A stretch of 64,000 nt of DNA from Ostreococcus lucimarinus (lineage: Eukaryota). The stretch lies in the NCBI GenBank assembly GCA_000092065.1, contig CP000581.1; one strand, written 5' to 3'. This document shows, in pieces, positions 31,074 to 40,433 of this stretch (the first letter of the stretch is position 1; every line of letters begins with the position of its first letter). The notes under the pieces are model-generated. The model had not been told where the DNA came from and searched no databases. It worked only from the letters and a program-made list of their open reading frames with translations. The position numbers were made by a program, and so were the translations under genes.

Positions 31074-32471
31074 TTAGTCGAAGCGATCGAACTCATCTAA
31101 CGCTTCTCCAGCCTTGACGAAGGAAAACGCATCGCGATCGAGCGTCTTCTTCGGCGACGGTGGAATCGCAACTTCCTCGCCATCGATCGAGGTGCAGAAT
31201 TCGGGGAGAGTTTTTGCGACTAAAGCCGAACGTCGCGCGTGCTTTTTCGCAAAATTCGTAGCGTAAGCCCCCGCCTCGGACGCTAAAAACTCGGGCGTTC
31301 CTCGACAGTCGTGCTCGGCGAATTCCGGAAACGGCGCGGCTTCGGGTAGGACACCGTTTTCGATAATCATCGACTTGATCCACGATTTCTTCGCCTTGGC
31401 CACGGACCACATCTTGCGATTCATGCTCATCTCCGTCACGAGCCACTTCGTGGTCTCTTCGCTAAAAAACTCCCGAAACGTCGCCTCGCAGTTCGCCCCC
31501 CCCCCTTTGCCGTGCGGCCCCTTGACGAATCGAAGCTTCTGCACCGTCACCGGATCCACGAACGCGCGCAACATGGTGTAAAGCCCGTTAAATATCTTCG
31601 GCGCCTCGACGAAAATCATCATCTCCAATCGTTCCGGGTACGATCTCGCGAACAACGACATGCACTTCGTCGCCACGCTCGGCGCCATGTTCCCCGCGCC
31701 GAAGCGATGAAAGTCGCACACCCACACGTATTGATCGTACGGATACGCCGGCAAGAACGACTCCAACAGTTCCAACACCTGCACGCAGTGTTCCACGTTG
31801 CTCGCCGCCTTATGATCCATCGCGAGTCCGATGTCCGAGTACACGATCGCCCGTCCGCACGCGTCGAACCCGATCTGCTGCATGTAGTGGCTCCGAAAGT
31901 CTCCCTCGAAGCATCGCTCGCATCGCACGTCTCCCGGCCGCGCCGCGGCTCGCCACGCGATCGTCTTTCGCAGCCGTTTTGTCGCCTTCGCGACGTCTCC
32001 CTTATCCGCCCTCAGGAACCGCTCGCACGTCTCGCGCGTGCACCACGCGTCGACGTCGTCGTCGCGCGCCGCCGCGAGCGCATCCGCGACGCGTCGTCGC
32101 ACGGCGTCGACCGCCTCGGGCGCGATCGCGGTTCGCATGCGCGCCGTGATGGACACCTTATCGCGAAGCGCGACGTCGCGACTCGTCGTCGACGTCGACG
32201 CGTCTTCCGCCCGCCGCGTCGCGCGCGCGCCGTTCGCCATCGCGCGCCGCGCTCCGACGCGCGCGACGCCGAGCGCGACGACGCCGGCGCGATCGCGACG
32301 CGTTTCAGTGCGTTTCAGTGAGACGTCATTTATACACCCGGTCGCAACGCACATAGCGATATCGCGCGTGGTGTACGTACATGCGTACATGCGCGCGCGT
32401 CGCACGCCCCGCACGCGCGCGTCGAACGTGGGGCAGCGCGGCGTCGCGGACGTCACAAATACGCACCCCAT
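31074..32471 (-). CDS. SEC14/CRAL-TRIO lipid-binding domain protein
   Basis: CRAL-TRIO N-terminal helix region (WCTRETCERFLRADKGDVAKATKRLRKTIAWR), then the lipid-binding core (YVWVCDFHRFGAGNM...MIFVEAPKIFN). The ORF starts at ATG 32471. An alternative start at 32240 is possible. Confidence 0.65.
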   Translation of the reverse strand: MGCVFVTSATPRCPTFDARVRGVRRARMYACTYTTRDIAMCVATGCINDVSLKRTETRRDRAGVVALGVARVGARRAMANGARATRRAEDASTSTTSRDVALRDKVSITARMRTAIAPEAVDAVRRRVADALAAARDDDVDAWCTRETCERFLRADKGDVAKATKRLRKTIAWRAAARPGDVRCERCFEGDFRSHYMQQIGFDACGRAIVYSDIGLAMDHKAASNVEHCVQVLELLESFLPAYPYDQYVWVCDFHRFGAGNMAPSVATKCMSLFARSYPERLEMMIFVEAPKIFNGLYTMLRAFVDPVTVQKLRFVKGPHGKGGGANCEATFREFFSEETTKWLVTEMSMNRKMWSVAKAKKSWIKSMIIENGVLPEAAPFPEFAEHDCRGTPEFLASEAGAYATNFAKKHARRSALVAKTLPEFCTSIDGEEVAIPPSPKKTLDRDAFSFVKAGEALDEFDRFD

Positions 32472-32912
32472 GTCCGCCGCCGTTAAGGTGCGCGATCGAC
32501 GCGCGAGACGACGCGATCGGACGACGACGGCGCGATCGCGACGTCGCGACGTCGCGACGCGCGGTCGCGACGTCGGCGACGGCGCGATGACGGACGCGGG
32601 ACGAGCGATCGCGGATAATCATCTCATCGACGCCATCGGCGACGACGATCGGGGACCGCGGGCGTCGAGCGCGGACGCGCGCGCGCGCGAGGACGCGAGG
32701 GACTGACGGAAAGAATTTTGTGCGTCGCGATCGCAGACCGTCGAACTCACCGCCCGCACCGCGCTCGCGGGTAACTTCCGCAAGGCGACCGCGCCGCGCG
32801 CGGCCGCGAAGGTGCGTGACCGCGCGGAACTCGGCGCGCGCGCGACGCGCGAGCGCGCGCGACGTCGACGGGGGTGCGCGGAGACTGACGAATGGGGTGT
32901 TTGCGCGTCTAG

Positions 32913-32976
32913 GCCAACGTGAACGTGGTGACCGAGGCGAAGGTTAAGGTTGCCATCAACGGTTTCGGCCGCATCG
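32913..32976 (+). CDS. gapB: GAPDH internal 5' exon (ANVNVVTEAKVKVAINGFGRIG)
   Basis: Encodes the NAD(P)-binding GxGxxG start of GAPDH. Preceded by the acceptor tctag| and followed by the donor G|GTGCGTG at 32977. A further upstream exon probably ends near 32811 (…ALAGNFRKATAPRAAAK|GTGCGTG); its ATG exon was not located. Confidence 0.6.
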
Positions 32977-33290
32977 GTGCGTGCGATCGCGGATAAGGGT
33001 CGCGATGCGATTGTCGCGATGTCGATGCGTTTCGCGCGTCGTGTGCGCGGTGTTCGCGCGATGTGAGGCGAACGAGGGCGCGCGGTGATTGGGAGAATAT
33101 GCGCGCAGCGCTCGTGCGTCGAGGGAGGGCGCGCGCGAGGCGCGCGAGGCGCGCGAGGGTGCGATCGACGCCGGGGTGCGCGCACGTGGCACCCTGGGGA
33201 TTTTTATGACTTTTAGCTCGCGCGCGTGGGCACGACTCGAACGACGCGACTGACGATGAAATGAACGCTTGTGGGCGATTTAAAACACAG
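32977..33290 (+). other. Spliceosomal intron (314 bp, GTGCGTG...ACAG) splitting GFGRIG|RNF in GAPDH, phase 1
   Basis: The GAPDH N-terminal motif is interrupted exactly at a GT. Homology resumes after aaaacacag| at 33291. Confidence 0.7.
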
Positions 33291-34354
33291 GCCGCAACTT
33301 CGTGCGATGCTGGAAGAGCCGTGGCCCGGACTGCCCGCTCCAAGTCGTGTGCGTGAACCAATCCGGCGGCGCCAAGCCGGCGGCGCACTTGCTCAAGTAC
33401 GACTCCATCTTGGGTACGTTCAAGTCTGACGTCAAGGTTGTCGACGACGCCACGATCTCCGTCGATGGTGACATCATCAAGGTTGTGTCCGATCGCGACC
33501 CGCTCAACTTGCCGTGGAAGGAAATGGGCATCGACATCGTCATCGAAGGTACGGGCGTCTTCCTCGACGGCCCGGGCGCGGGCAAGCACATCCAAGCCGG
33601 CGCCAAGAAGGTTGTTATCACCGCCCCGGCCAAGGGCTCCGACATCCCGACCTACGTCGTCGGTGTGAACGCCGACCAATACGACAACTCTGCCAACATT
33701 GTCTCCAACGCGTCGTGCACCACCAACTGCTTGGCGCCGTTCGCCAAGGTGATCGACGACAAGTTCGGCATCGTCAAGGGTACGATGACCACCACGCACT
33801 CTTACACTGGTGATCAACGCATCTTGGATGCGTCCCACCGTGACTTGCGCCGTGCTCGTGCCGCCGCCTTGAACATCGTGCCGACCTCCACCGGTGCCGC
33901 CAAGGCTGTTGCGCTCGTCTTGCCGCAACTCAAGGGTAAGCTCAACGGTATCGCGCTTCGCGTGCCGACGCCGAACGTGTCCGTCGTCGACCTCGTCGTC
34001 AACGTTGAGAAGAAGGGCGTCACCGCTGAAGAAGTCAACGCCGCGTTCAAGGAAGCGCAAGATGGCCCGATGAAGGGTGTTCTTGCGATCACCGATGTCC
34101 CGCTCGTGTCTGTCGATTTCCGGTGCACCGACGTGTCCACCACCATTGACGCGGCTCTCACCATGGTGATGGGCGATGACATGGTCAAGGTTGTCGCGTG
34201 GTATGACAACGAATGGGGTTACACCCAACGCGTCGTCGACCTCTCCCTCATCGTCGCCAACGGCCTCATCAACGAAGGTGTTGCCTCCGCCGACCCGATG
34301 GACCAACTCTGCGCGGATGATCCCTCGGCGGACGAATGCAAGGTGTTCGATTAA
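33291..34354 (+). CDS. gapB: Glyceraldehyde-3-phosphate dehydrogenase, plastid GapB-type (main exon) with a CP12-like C-terminal extension
   Basis: Canonical GAPDH blocks: [10 protein letters not shown] (catalytic Cys), [10 protein letters not shown] and WYDNEWGY. Then a roughly 30-aa tail ending [20 protein letters not shown], with the two Cys of the GapB/CP12 redox tail. The track ORF begins on GTG at 33302. Confidence 0.85.
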
Positions 34355-34692
34355 ACCATTTTTTCGATCAACTTCATCGAGCGATGTTGGCGAGTGGACG
34401 AGGCGTGAGACGTAATTATTACGTCGTTGCGCCCTTGATTTCTCGCGCGATTTACCAGCGTATTAACACACACTTCTGTAATCAGAATCTAGAGACAGAT
34501 TTGAAAGAACCGCGTTCGCCTCGACGTAATTTTTCCGTCTCGACTCGAAAGCGCTGTACTTAACGTGGCGTCCTGCAAAGTTGCATTACAAATATATTGA
34601 ATCAATGACCTGTCGTCGATGAAAGAATATCACGAAATGAAGACGAGCGCGCGTCTCGATTGTCGTGTGCGCGTGCGAGAGGATGGGGATGG

Positions 34693-35715
34693 TCACAGGA
34701 TTGGATTTTCGCCCGAGAAGGACATTTGAGCGGTTATGGCGCTCAGCTTTTGGGTGAGCAGATAGTTGGCCATCTGTACGCCTTCTGCGCTACCCGAGAT
34801 GACGACTTTTCGATTGCGCGTGCCTTCGAAGAAGTCGTCGCGGTCACTGACTTTGATGCGGCACCCGCTCGCGACTTGAACCTCGGCAATGGTGCGGCCG
34901 CCGCGACCGAGCACGGCGCCGATGAGCGAGTCGGGGATGGTGACGAGGATGGAAGTCTCGTCATCCCTCCCACCGCCCTGACCGGCGCCATAACGTCGTG
35001 GCGTGGCGCGATTAAATTCGCCGCTTCTCCGTCCGCCTCCACCACCTTGCAACGAAAGCGGCGATTGCACGCTGTACGTACTCTGTCGATGCACGAGGGT
35101 GGCGTACGCGGGATCTTCGCACAGCGTCGTCGCCACGAGAGCCACCGCTCGTAAAACGCAATCAATCGTTCCAGTGATCGTCAGCGTGCGATCATTACAC
35201 CCGGGAAGCATCCGATCTTGATTACTCAGCTTAATGTCCGCCTGCGAATCCTCCACAAAGCTTCGTATCTTCGATCCGCCCTTCCCGATGATGCACCCGC
35301 ACGAGCTGTTGGGCACCACCAGCGCCACCTGAGGCTGTCCCATGCGATCGATGCCCTCGCCGTCCGCCACCAGCTTCGTGATGATCAAGTGCAACACCTG
35401 CAATATCGCGCTCAGATCCCCGCTCACGATCACCACGCGATCATTCGTCCCCGGAAACACCTCGCGATTCCTCGACAACTGAATGCGCGCCCCCGTGAGC
35501 GCCTGAAACTCGTTGATCGTCGCCCCTCCCTTCCCGATCACGCTCCCCGCCGCGCTCGGCGAGATCAAAAACTTGAGCGTGAACGATCCATCGTCGATCG
35601 GCGCCGCGCTCTCCCCGCCGTCGTCGCTCGCGTCACCGCCCGCGTCGTCCGCGTCGCGCGCCGCGTTCCCATCGTCGCCGCGCGCGTCGCGCGCGCCGTC
35701 GTCGTTCGACGACAT
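34693..35715 (-). CDS. Triple KH-domain RNA-binding protein (PCBP/hnRNP-K/Nova-like)
   Basis: Three KH cores: VIGKGGATINEF, IIGKGGSKIRSF, VLGRGGRTIAEV. ATG at 35713-35715 (MSSNDDG). A longer form from ATG 35907 is possible; the track ORF extends to 36042. Confidence 0.7.
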   Translation of the reverse strand: MSSNDDGARDARGDDGNAARDADDAGGDASDDGGESAAPIDDGSFTLKFLISPSAAGSVIGKGGATINEFQALTGARIQLSRNREVFPGTNDRVVIVSGDLSAILQVLHLIITKLVADGEGIDRMGQPQVALVVPNSSCGCIIGKGGSKIRSFVEDSQADIKLSNQDRMLPGCNDRTLTITGTIDCVLRAVALVATTLCEDPAYATLVHRQSTYSVQSPLSLQGGGGGRRSGEFNRATPRRYGAGQGGGRDDETSILVTIPDSLIGAVLGRGGRTIAEVQVASGCRIKVSDRDDFFEGTRNRKVVISGSAEGVQMANYLLTQKLSAITAQMSFSGENPIL

Positions 35716-35956
35716 CCGCCGCGCGCGCGACGCCGCGACGCCGCGACGCCGCGGTCCGACCGTCCGACCGTCCGACCGTCCGGTCGCGCGGTCGCGCGGT
35801 CGCTCGGTCGCGCGTCGTCGACGCGTCGCCGTGTCGCGCGCGCGCGCCGACGTGCTGACGCGACGCTGACGCGGACGCGCCGCGGGCGATCCGCACGCGG
35901 GTCTCATCACATGGGCCCGAACGCGCGTTAAACGCGGGGAAATCTTCGTAAAGGAG

Positions 35957-37716
35957 TGCGGGTGACATAACAAGTTGGAGTGATCAAAGCATCGTCTAGT
36001 CCAAAGCGAGCACGGTGATATCCGAGCAATCGCGGCCGTCATCCGCGAGGACGCACTCGAATCGAGCCAACATCGTCTTCATTTTACTCCTCGTGATGCT
36101 CGCGGGCGTGAGTTTCTTGAGTCTTTCCTGGTCGCCGAGACTCGCCCCGCGTTCTTCTTTCATCTTCTCCCAGTCCTCGGCGGAACGAATTCCAACACAC
36201 AACTCTTCGGAGTTATACTTCGCGAGGCATTCTAAACGAGCTTCAATCATTATCATACCAGGCGACTTGCCTAAGCCACAGTCGCAGTGCAGCGTCGTCC
36301 AGGATCGCATGTGACGCAAGACTTCTGGGCTCCCGAAATCCCAAGTCTCGCCCGGGAGCTTGTTGACATCGGCACACCCTGAACCGTAGTCATCGTATGA
36401 CAGTGCGAACGCATGCGCTTCGCCTTTCATACTGAGTTCGTTGATGGCCTGCGCTACACGTTCTTGTTCCATCGGGTGAGGACCGTAATTCAAAGCGAGC
36501 CGCTGGATTTTCAGCGTCGTCGGCGACGCGCGCCAGAAGACTTGGCCCGAGTTGAAATTCCAAGCGTCTTGATGGTGTTGTTTAGCGTTCTCATTCTTTT
36601 GCATATATGGGTAGCGTCCACGGTACAGCGCGTTATATCCGATCCAGTCTTGTTGATAAAACACATTTGTGCGCGGATGTTCGCGGACTAAACGCCCCAA
36701 GTCTGGGACTTTAAAAAGGAGAACATCCGTGTCGAAGATGAAAAAGTCCACATTCGCGGCGAGCAATCCGAGAGTGACTTTTTGTTTGAACCAAGTCAGC
36801 TGTTTGTATTTGAGGTCGTCGGCGTGCCCGCCCGAGTGCACCAAGCCGTCGAACGCGTGCCCGTCGGCGTATTGCAAGCAGTGAAACAGCTTCTCGCTTT
36901 CGCACTTCCTCGTCGCGTCGGCGTCCAGCGTGATCAAAATGTACCGCTCAATGAAGCACGTTTGATTCACAACGCGCTGCGTCGATAATTTGGCGGTCTC
37001 ATAGTTTTCCGAATCCGCGATGGAGACAAAGAGCGTGTTCGCCGGCGCGCACGACGACGGCGTCTTCGCGCGCTGCTGCGCAAACGGGTGCAACTGTTTA
37101 TACCACGAGCAATCCCTCGGCGTGATCTTGTGTTCGGTCTCGTGTGCCCTGTCATCGTCTCCGTTCATCGCGTTCGGGTAGTCGCTCGTCATCGCCGGCA
37201 GGCACGACAAGTTGCCGCCGACGCGCTCGAAGTCGTAAAAGTCGCCGCCGAGCGTGGCGGCGTCCCCTTCCAAATCCATCGCGTCCGCCTTCGCCGAGCG
37301 CGCGCGCGCGCCGAGCGGTTGGACGGACGCATCGCGCGCGGAGTTGACGCTCGAGACGATCGCCGCCCCGACGAGGAGCGCGCACGCCGAGCCGACCGCG
37401 AGCGTCGTCTTCAGGCTCAGGCTCGAGCGTCGACTTTGGTGTTGCGCGCGATCCGTCGCGGTCAACGACGCCGGCGCGTCGACCAAGGGCGCGGACTCCT
37501 CGAGCGAGCCCGACATGGTGATCTCTTGGATATCCTTGGATCTCTTGACTTAGAGTCGACGGACGAGCGAGCGATGTGCCGAACTGTGCCGCTCGCTCGC
37601 GGAGGGTGTTCAGACGGAGTGCTCGTCGAAGCGGTTCGCGAAGCAAACAGCCGCGTCGGCGGAAACGAACGAGCGAAGTCACCGCTCAGCTCGAGACACG
37701 CCTGGATCTGACGATA
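35957..37716. repeat. Tandem segmental duplication, copy 1 (about 1760 bp). Contains glycosyltransferase gene copy 1 plus about 40 bp of 3' flank and about 200 bp of 5' flank.
   Basis: About 99% identical to 37822..39581 (period 1865 bp). The copies are separated by a unique spacer of about 105 bp (37717..37821). Confidence 0.9.
35996..37516 (-). CDS. Type-II membrane glycosyltransferase, copy 1 (N-terminal signal anchor plus a lumenal nucleotide-diphospho-sugar-transferase-like domain with a DxD motif)
   Basis: 506-aa ORF from ATG. Single TM near the N-terminus (LAVGSACALLVGAAIVSSV). DxD in FIFDTDVLLF and Cys-rich C-terminus. The family (GT77-like, Nucleotid_trans) is inferred by eye only. 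Confidence 0.6.
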   Translation of the reverse strand: MSGSLEESAPLVDAPASLTATDRAQHQSRRSSLSLKTTLAVGSACALLVGAAIVSSVNSARDASVQPLGARARSAKADAMDLEGDAATLGGDFYDFERVGGNLSCLPAMTSDYPNAMNGDDDRAHETEHKITPRDCSWYKQLHPFAQQRAKTPSSCAPANTLFVSIADSENYETAKLSTQRVVNQTCFIERYILITLDADATRKCESEKLFHCLQYADGHAFDGLVHSGGHADDLKYKQLTWFKQKVTLGLLAANVDFFIFDTDVLLFKVPDLGRLVREHPRTNVFYQQDWIGYNALYRGRYPYMQKNENAKQHHQDAWNFNSGQVFWRASPTTLKIQRLALNYGPHPMEQERVAQAINELSMKGEAHAFALSYDDYGSGCADVNKLPGETWDFGSPEVLRHMRSWTTLHCDCGLGKSPGMIMIEARLECLAKYNSEELCVGIRSAEDWEKMKEERGASLGDQERLKKLTPASITRSKMKTMLARFECVLADDGRDCSDITVLALD

Positions 37717-37821
37717 TTAAACATGGACACAGGCTTAGCCGAGGCGAGAGGCGTAGCTCGAGCGTCTAGACCTCGGCGACGATCGCTTTCGCCACCGCCG
37801 CGCTCGGAGGCGCTTTCCCGG

Positions 37822-39581
37822 TGCGGGTGACATAACAAGTTGGAGTGATCAAATCATCGTCTAGTCCAAAGCGAGCACGGTGATATCCGAGCAATCGCGG
37901 CCGTCATCCGCGAGGACGCACTCGAATCGAGCTAACATCGTCTTCATTTTACTCCTCGTGATGCTTGCAGGCGTGAGTTTCTTGAGTCTTTCCTGGTCGC
38001 CGAGACTCGCCCCGCGTTCTTCTTTCATCTTCTCCCAGTCCTCGGCGGAACGAATTCCAACACACAACTCTTCGGAGTTATACTTCGCGAGGCATTCTAA
38101 ACGAGCTTCAATCATTATCATACCAGGCGACTTGCCTAAGCCACAGTCGCAGTGCAGCGTCGTCCAGGATCGCATGTGACGCAAGACTTCTGGGCTCCCG
38201 AAATCCCAAGTCTCGCCCGGGAGCTTGTTGACATCGGCACACCCTGAACCGTAGTCATCGTATGACAGTGCGAACGCATGCGCTTCGCCTTTCATACTGA
38301 GTTCGTTGATGGCCTGCGCTACACGTTCTTGTTCCATCGGGTGAGGACCGTAATTCAAAGCGAGCCGCTGGATTTTCAGCGTCGTCGGCGACGCGCGCCA
38401 GAAGACTTGGCCCGAGTTGAAATTCCAAGCGTCTTGATGGTGTTGTTTAGCGTACTCATTCTTTTGCATATATGGGTAGCGTCCACGGTACAGCGCGTTA
38501 TATCCCACCTGGCCTTGTTGATAAAACACATTTGTGTGCGGATGTTTGCGGAGTAAAAGCCCCAAGTCTGGGACTTTAAAAAGGAGAACATCCGTGTCGA
38601 AGATGAAAAAGTCCACATTCGCGGCGAGCAAACCGAGAGTGACTTTTTGTTTGAACCAAGTCAGCTGTTTGTATTTGAGGTCGTCGGCGTGCCCGCCCGA
38701 GTGCACCAAGCCGTCGAACGCGTGCCCGTCGGCGTATTGCAAGCAGTGAAACAGCTTCTCGCTTTCGCACTTCCTCGTCGCGTCGGCGTCCAGCGTGATC
38801 AAAATGTACCGCTCAATGAAGCACTTTTGATTCACAACGCGCTGCGTCGATAATTTGGCGATGTCATAGTTTTCCGAATCCGCGATGGAGACAAAGAGCG
38901 TGTTCGCCGGCGCGCACGACGACGGCGTCTTCGCGCGCTGCTGCGCAAACGGGTGCAACTGTTTATACCACGAGCAATCCCTCGGCGTGATCTTGTGTTC
39001 GGTCTCGTGTGCCCTGTCATCGTCTCCGTTCATCGCGTTCGGGTAGTCGCTCGTCATCGCCGGCAGGCACGACAAGTTGCCGCCGACGCGCTCGAAGTCG
39101 TAAAAGTCGCCGCCGAGCGTGGCGGCGTCCCCTTCCAAATCCATCGCGTCCGCCTTCGCCGAGCGCGCGCGCGCGCCGAGCGGTTGGACGGACGCATCGC
39201 GCGCGGAGTTGACGCTCGAGACGATCGCCGCCCCGACGAGGAGCGCGCACGCCGAGCCGACCGCGAGCGTCGTCTTCAGGCTCAGGCTCGAGCGTCGACT
39301 TTGGTGTTGCGCGCGATCCGTCGCGGTCAACGACGCCGGCGCGTCGACCAAGGGCGCGGACTCCTCGAGCGAGCCTGACATGGTGATCTCTTGGATATCC
39401 TTGGATCTCTTGACTTAGGGTCGACGGACGAGCGAGCGATGTGCCGAACTGTGCCGCTCGCTCGCGGAGGGTGTTCAGACGGAGTGCTCGTCGAAGCGGT
39501 TCGCGAAGCAAACAGCTGCGTCGGCGGAAACGAACGAGCGAAGTCACCGCTCAGCTCGAGACACGCCTGGATCTGACGATA
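37822..39581. repeat. Tandem segmental duplication, copy 2
   Basis: See copy 1. Same flanks (gtgcgggtgacataacaagttggagtgatcaaa... at the 3' side; ...cgcctggatctgacgatat at the 5' side). Confidence 0.9.
37861..39381 (-). CDS. Type-II membrane glycosyltransferase, copy 2 (paralogue of 35996..37516)
   Basis: 506 aa. Differs from copy 1 at roughly 11 residues concentrated in three patches (ENYETAKL/ENYDIAKL and QTC/QKC; GRLVREHPRT...QQDWIGYN/GLLLRKHPHT...QQGQVGYN; ENAKQ/EYAKQ), plus a few synonymous changes near the 3' end. Confidence 0.6.
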   Translation of the reverse strand: MSGSLEESAPLVDAPASLTATDRAQHQSRRSSLSLKTTLAVGSACALLVGAAIVSSVNSARDASVQPLGARARSAKADAMDLEGDAATLGGDFYDFERVGGNLSCLPAMTSDYPNAMNGDDDRAHETEHKITPRDCSWYKQLHPFAQQRAKTPSSCAPANTLFVSIADSENYDIAKLSTQRVVNQKCFIERYILITLDADATRKCESEKLFHCLQYADGHAFDGLVHSGGHADDLKYKQLTWFKQKVTLGLLAANVDFFIFDTDVLLFKVPDLGLLLRKHPHTNVFYQQGQVGYNALYRGRYPYMQKNEYAKQHHQDAWNFNSGQVFWRASPTTLKIQRLALNYGPHPMEQERVAQAINELSMKGEAHAFALSYDDYGSGCADVNKLPGETWDFGSPEVLRHMRSWTTLHCDCGLGKSPGMIMIEARLECLAKYNSEELCVGIRSAEDWEKMKEERGASLGDQERLKKLTPASITRSKMKTMLARFECVLADDGRDCSDITVLALD

Positions 39582-39715
39582 TACGCAACGCTATCGCGCG
39601 ATCGCCCGCCCGGCTCGACCCGTCGTCGCGCGGCGCCAACGTGTGCGGCGGCGATGAAACCACGCGCGAGCGCGGCGCGCGCGCGAGAGCGGCGCGCGCG
39701 GCGCGCGCGCGGGCG

Positions 39716-40387
39716 ATGAAGCGACCCGGGATCGCGCGCGCGGACGCGCGCGACGCGCCGTCGACGTCGTCGGACGCGATCGACGCGCGCGCGGCGAAAA
39801 AGGCGCGCGCGAACGCCGCGGGTGGACTGCTCGCGAGCATCCTCGGCGACGTGAAGCGATCGAACGCGCAGCGCGCGAAGACGGTCGTCGCGAGCGGCGG
39901 ACGCGCGATCACGAGGGATGACGTCGTGTCTCGGGAGACGAAAGCGATGGAGGCGCGAAGGAAGTTTGAGAGGGAGGTGCGGGAGAGGATCGAGCGAGAG
40001 GTGGCGGGGAGCGAGAGCGCGGAGGCGTTTTGCGAGTTTGAGACGATGGAGAAGCAGTGGAGGAACATCGTGCACGAAATCGCGGCGGAGATGAAGTTGT
40101 TTTCGGAGAGCGTGGAGGTAGGGGCGACGGGGGAGGAGAAGTTTGTGATTGTGCATAAGAAGGCGCCGGAGGTGGAGCGAGACGCGGAGTCGTTGCGAAA
40201 CGAAATCGCGGCGAGAGAGCGGGCGGGAAAACACGGTAAAAAGGGAGAGGGGTTGAGCGATAAAGCGCCGACGTACGCGGCAGATGCGGTTGAGTTGACA
40301 GTTGTGGGTACGGTGAAGCGAGACTTGCGGTCGGTGGAGGAAACGATTGCGGATATGCGCAAAGCTCGCGAGAAGACGGACGCTTGA
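39716..40387 (+). CDS. SPAG7-like R3H-domain protein
   Basis: Collinear with animal SPAG7: GLLASILGDVKRS, EARRKFEREVRERIEREV, R3H core WRNIVHEIAAEM (R-x3-H) and KFVIVHKK. First ATG at 39716; the track ORF starts on GTG at 39641. Confidence 0.6.
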   Translation: MKRPGIARADARDAPSTSSDAIDARAAKKARANAAGGLLASILGDVKRSNAQRAKTVVASGGRAITRDDVVSRETKAMEARRKFEREVRERIEREVAGSESAEAFCEFETMEKQWRNIVHEIAAEMKLFSESVEVGATGEEKFVIVHKKAPEVERDAESLRNEIAARERAGKHGKKGEGLSDKAPTYAADAVELTVVGTVKRDLRSVEETIADMRKAREKTDA

Positions 40388-40433
40388 GTCGAGACCCTTC
40401 TAATAACAAATCGCTACGACGTATTAGGCTTAT

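Noticed and set aside
31488-31500. C11 homopolymer inside the SEC14 gene and G10 at 47588
   Set aside because: Noted as possible sequencing-error hotspots or G-quadruplex seeds. The SEC14 reading frame is intact through the C-run, so there is no evidence of a problem.
32909-34306. 465-aa minus-strand ORF opposite GAPDH
   Set aside because: It is antisense to a perfectly conserved GAPDH and has no motifs. GC-rich antisense artefact.
35957-39581. Considered whether the two 1.76-kb direct repeats could be a transposon with terminal repeats, or a CRISPR-like array
   Set aside because: Each unit is a complete protein-coding gene with its own flanks. There are no terminal inverted repeats, target-site duplications, or transposase or reverse-transcriptase ORFs. 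This is a eukaryotic nuclear context, and the repeat is a simple tandem gene duplication.
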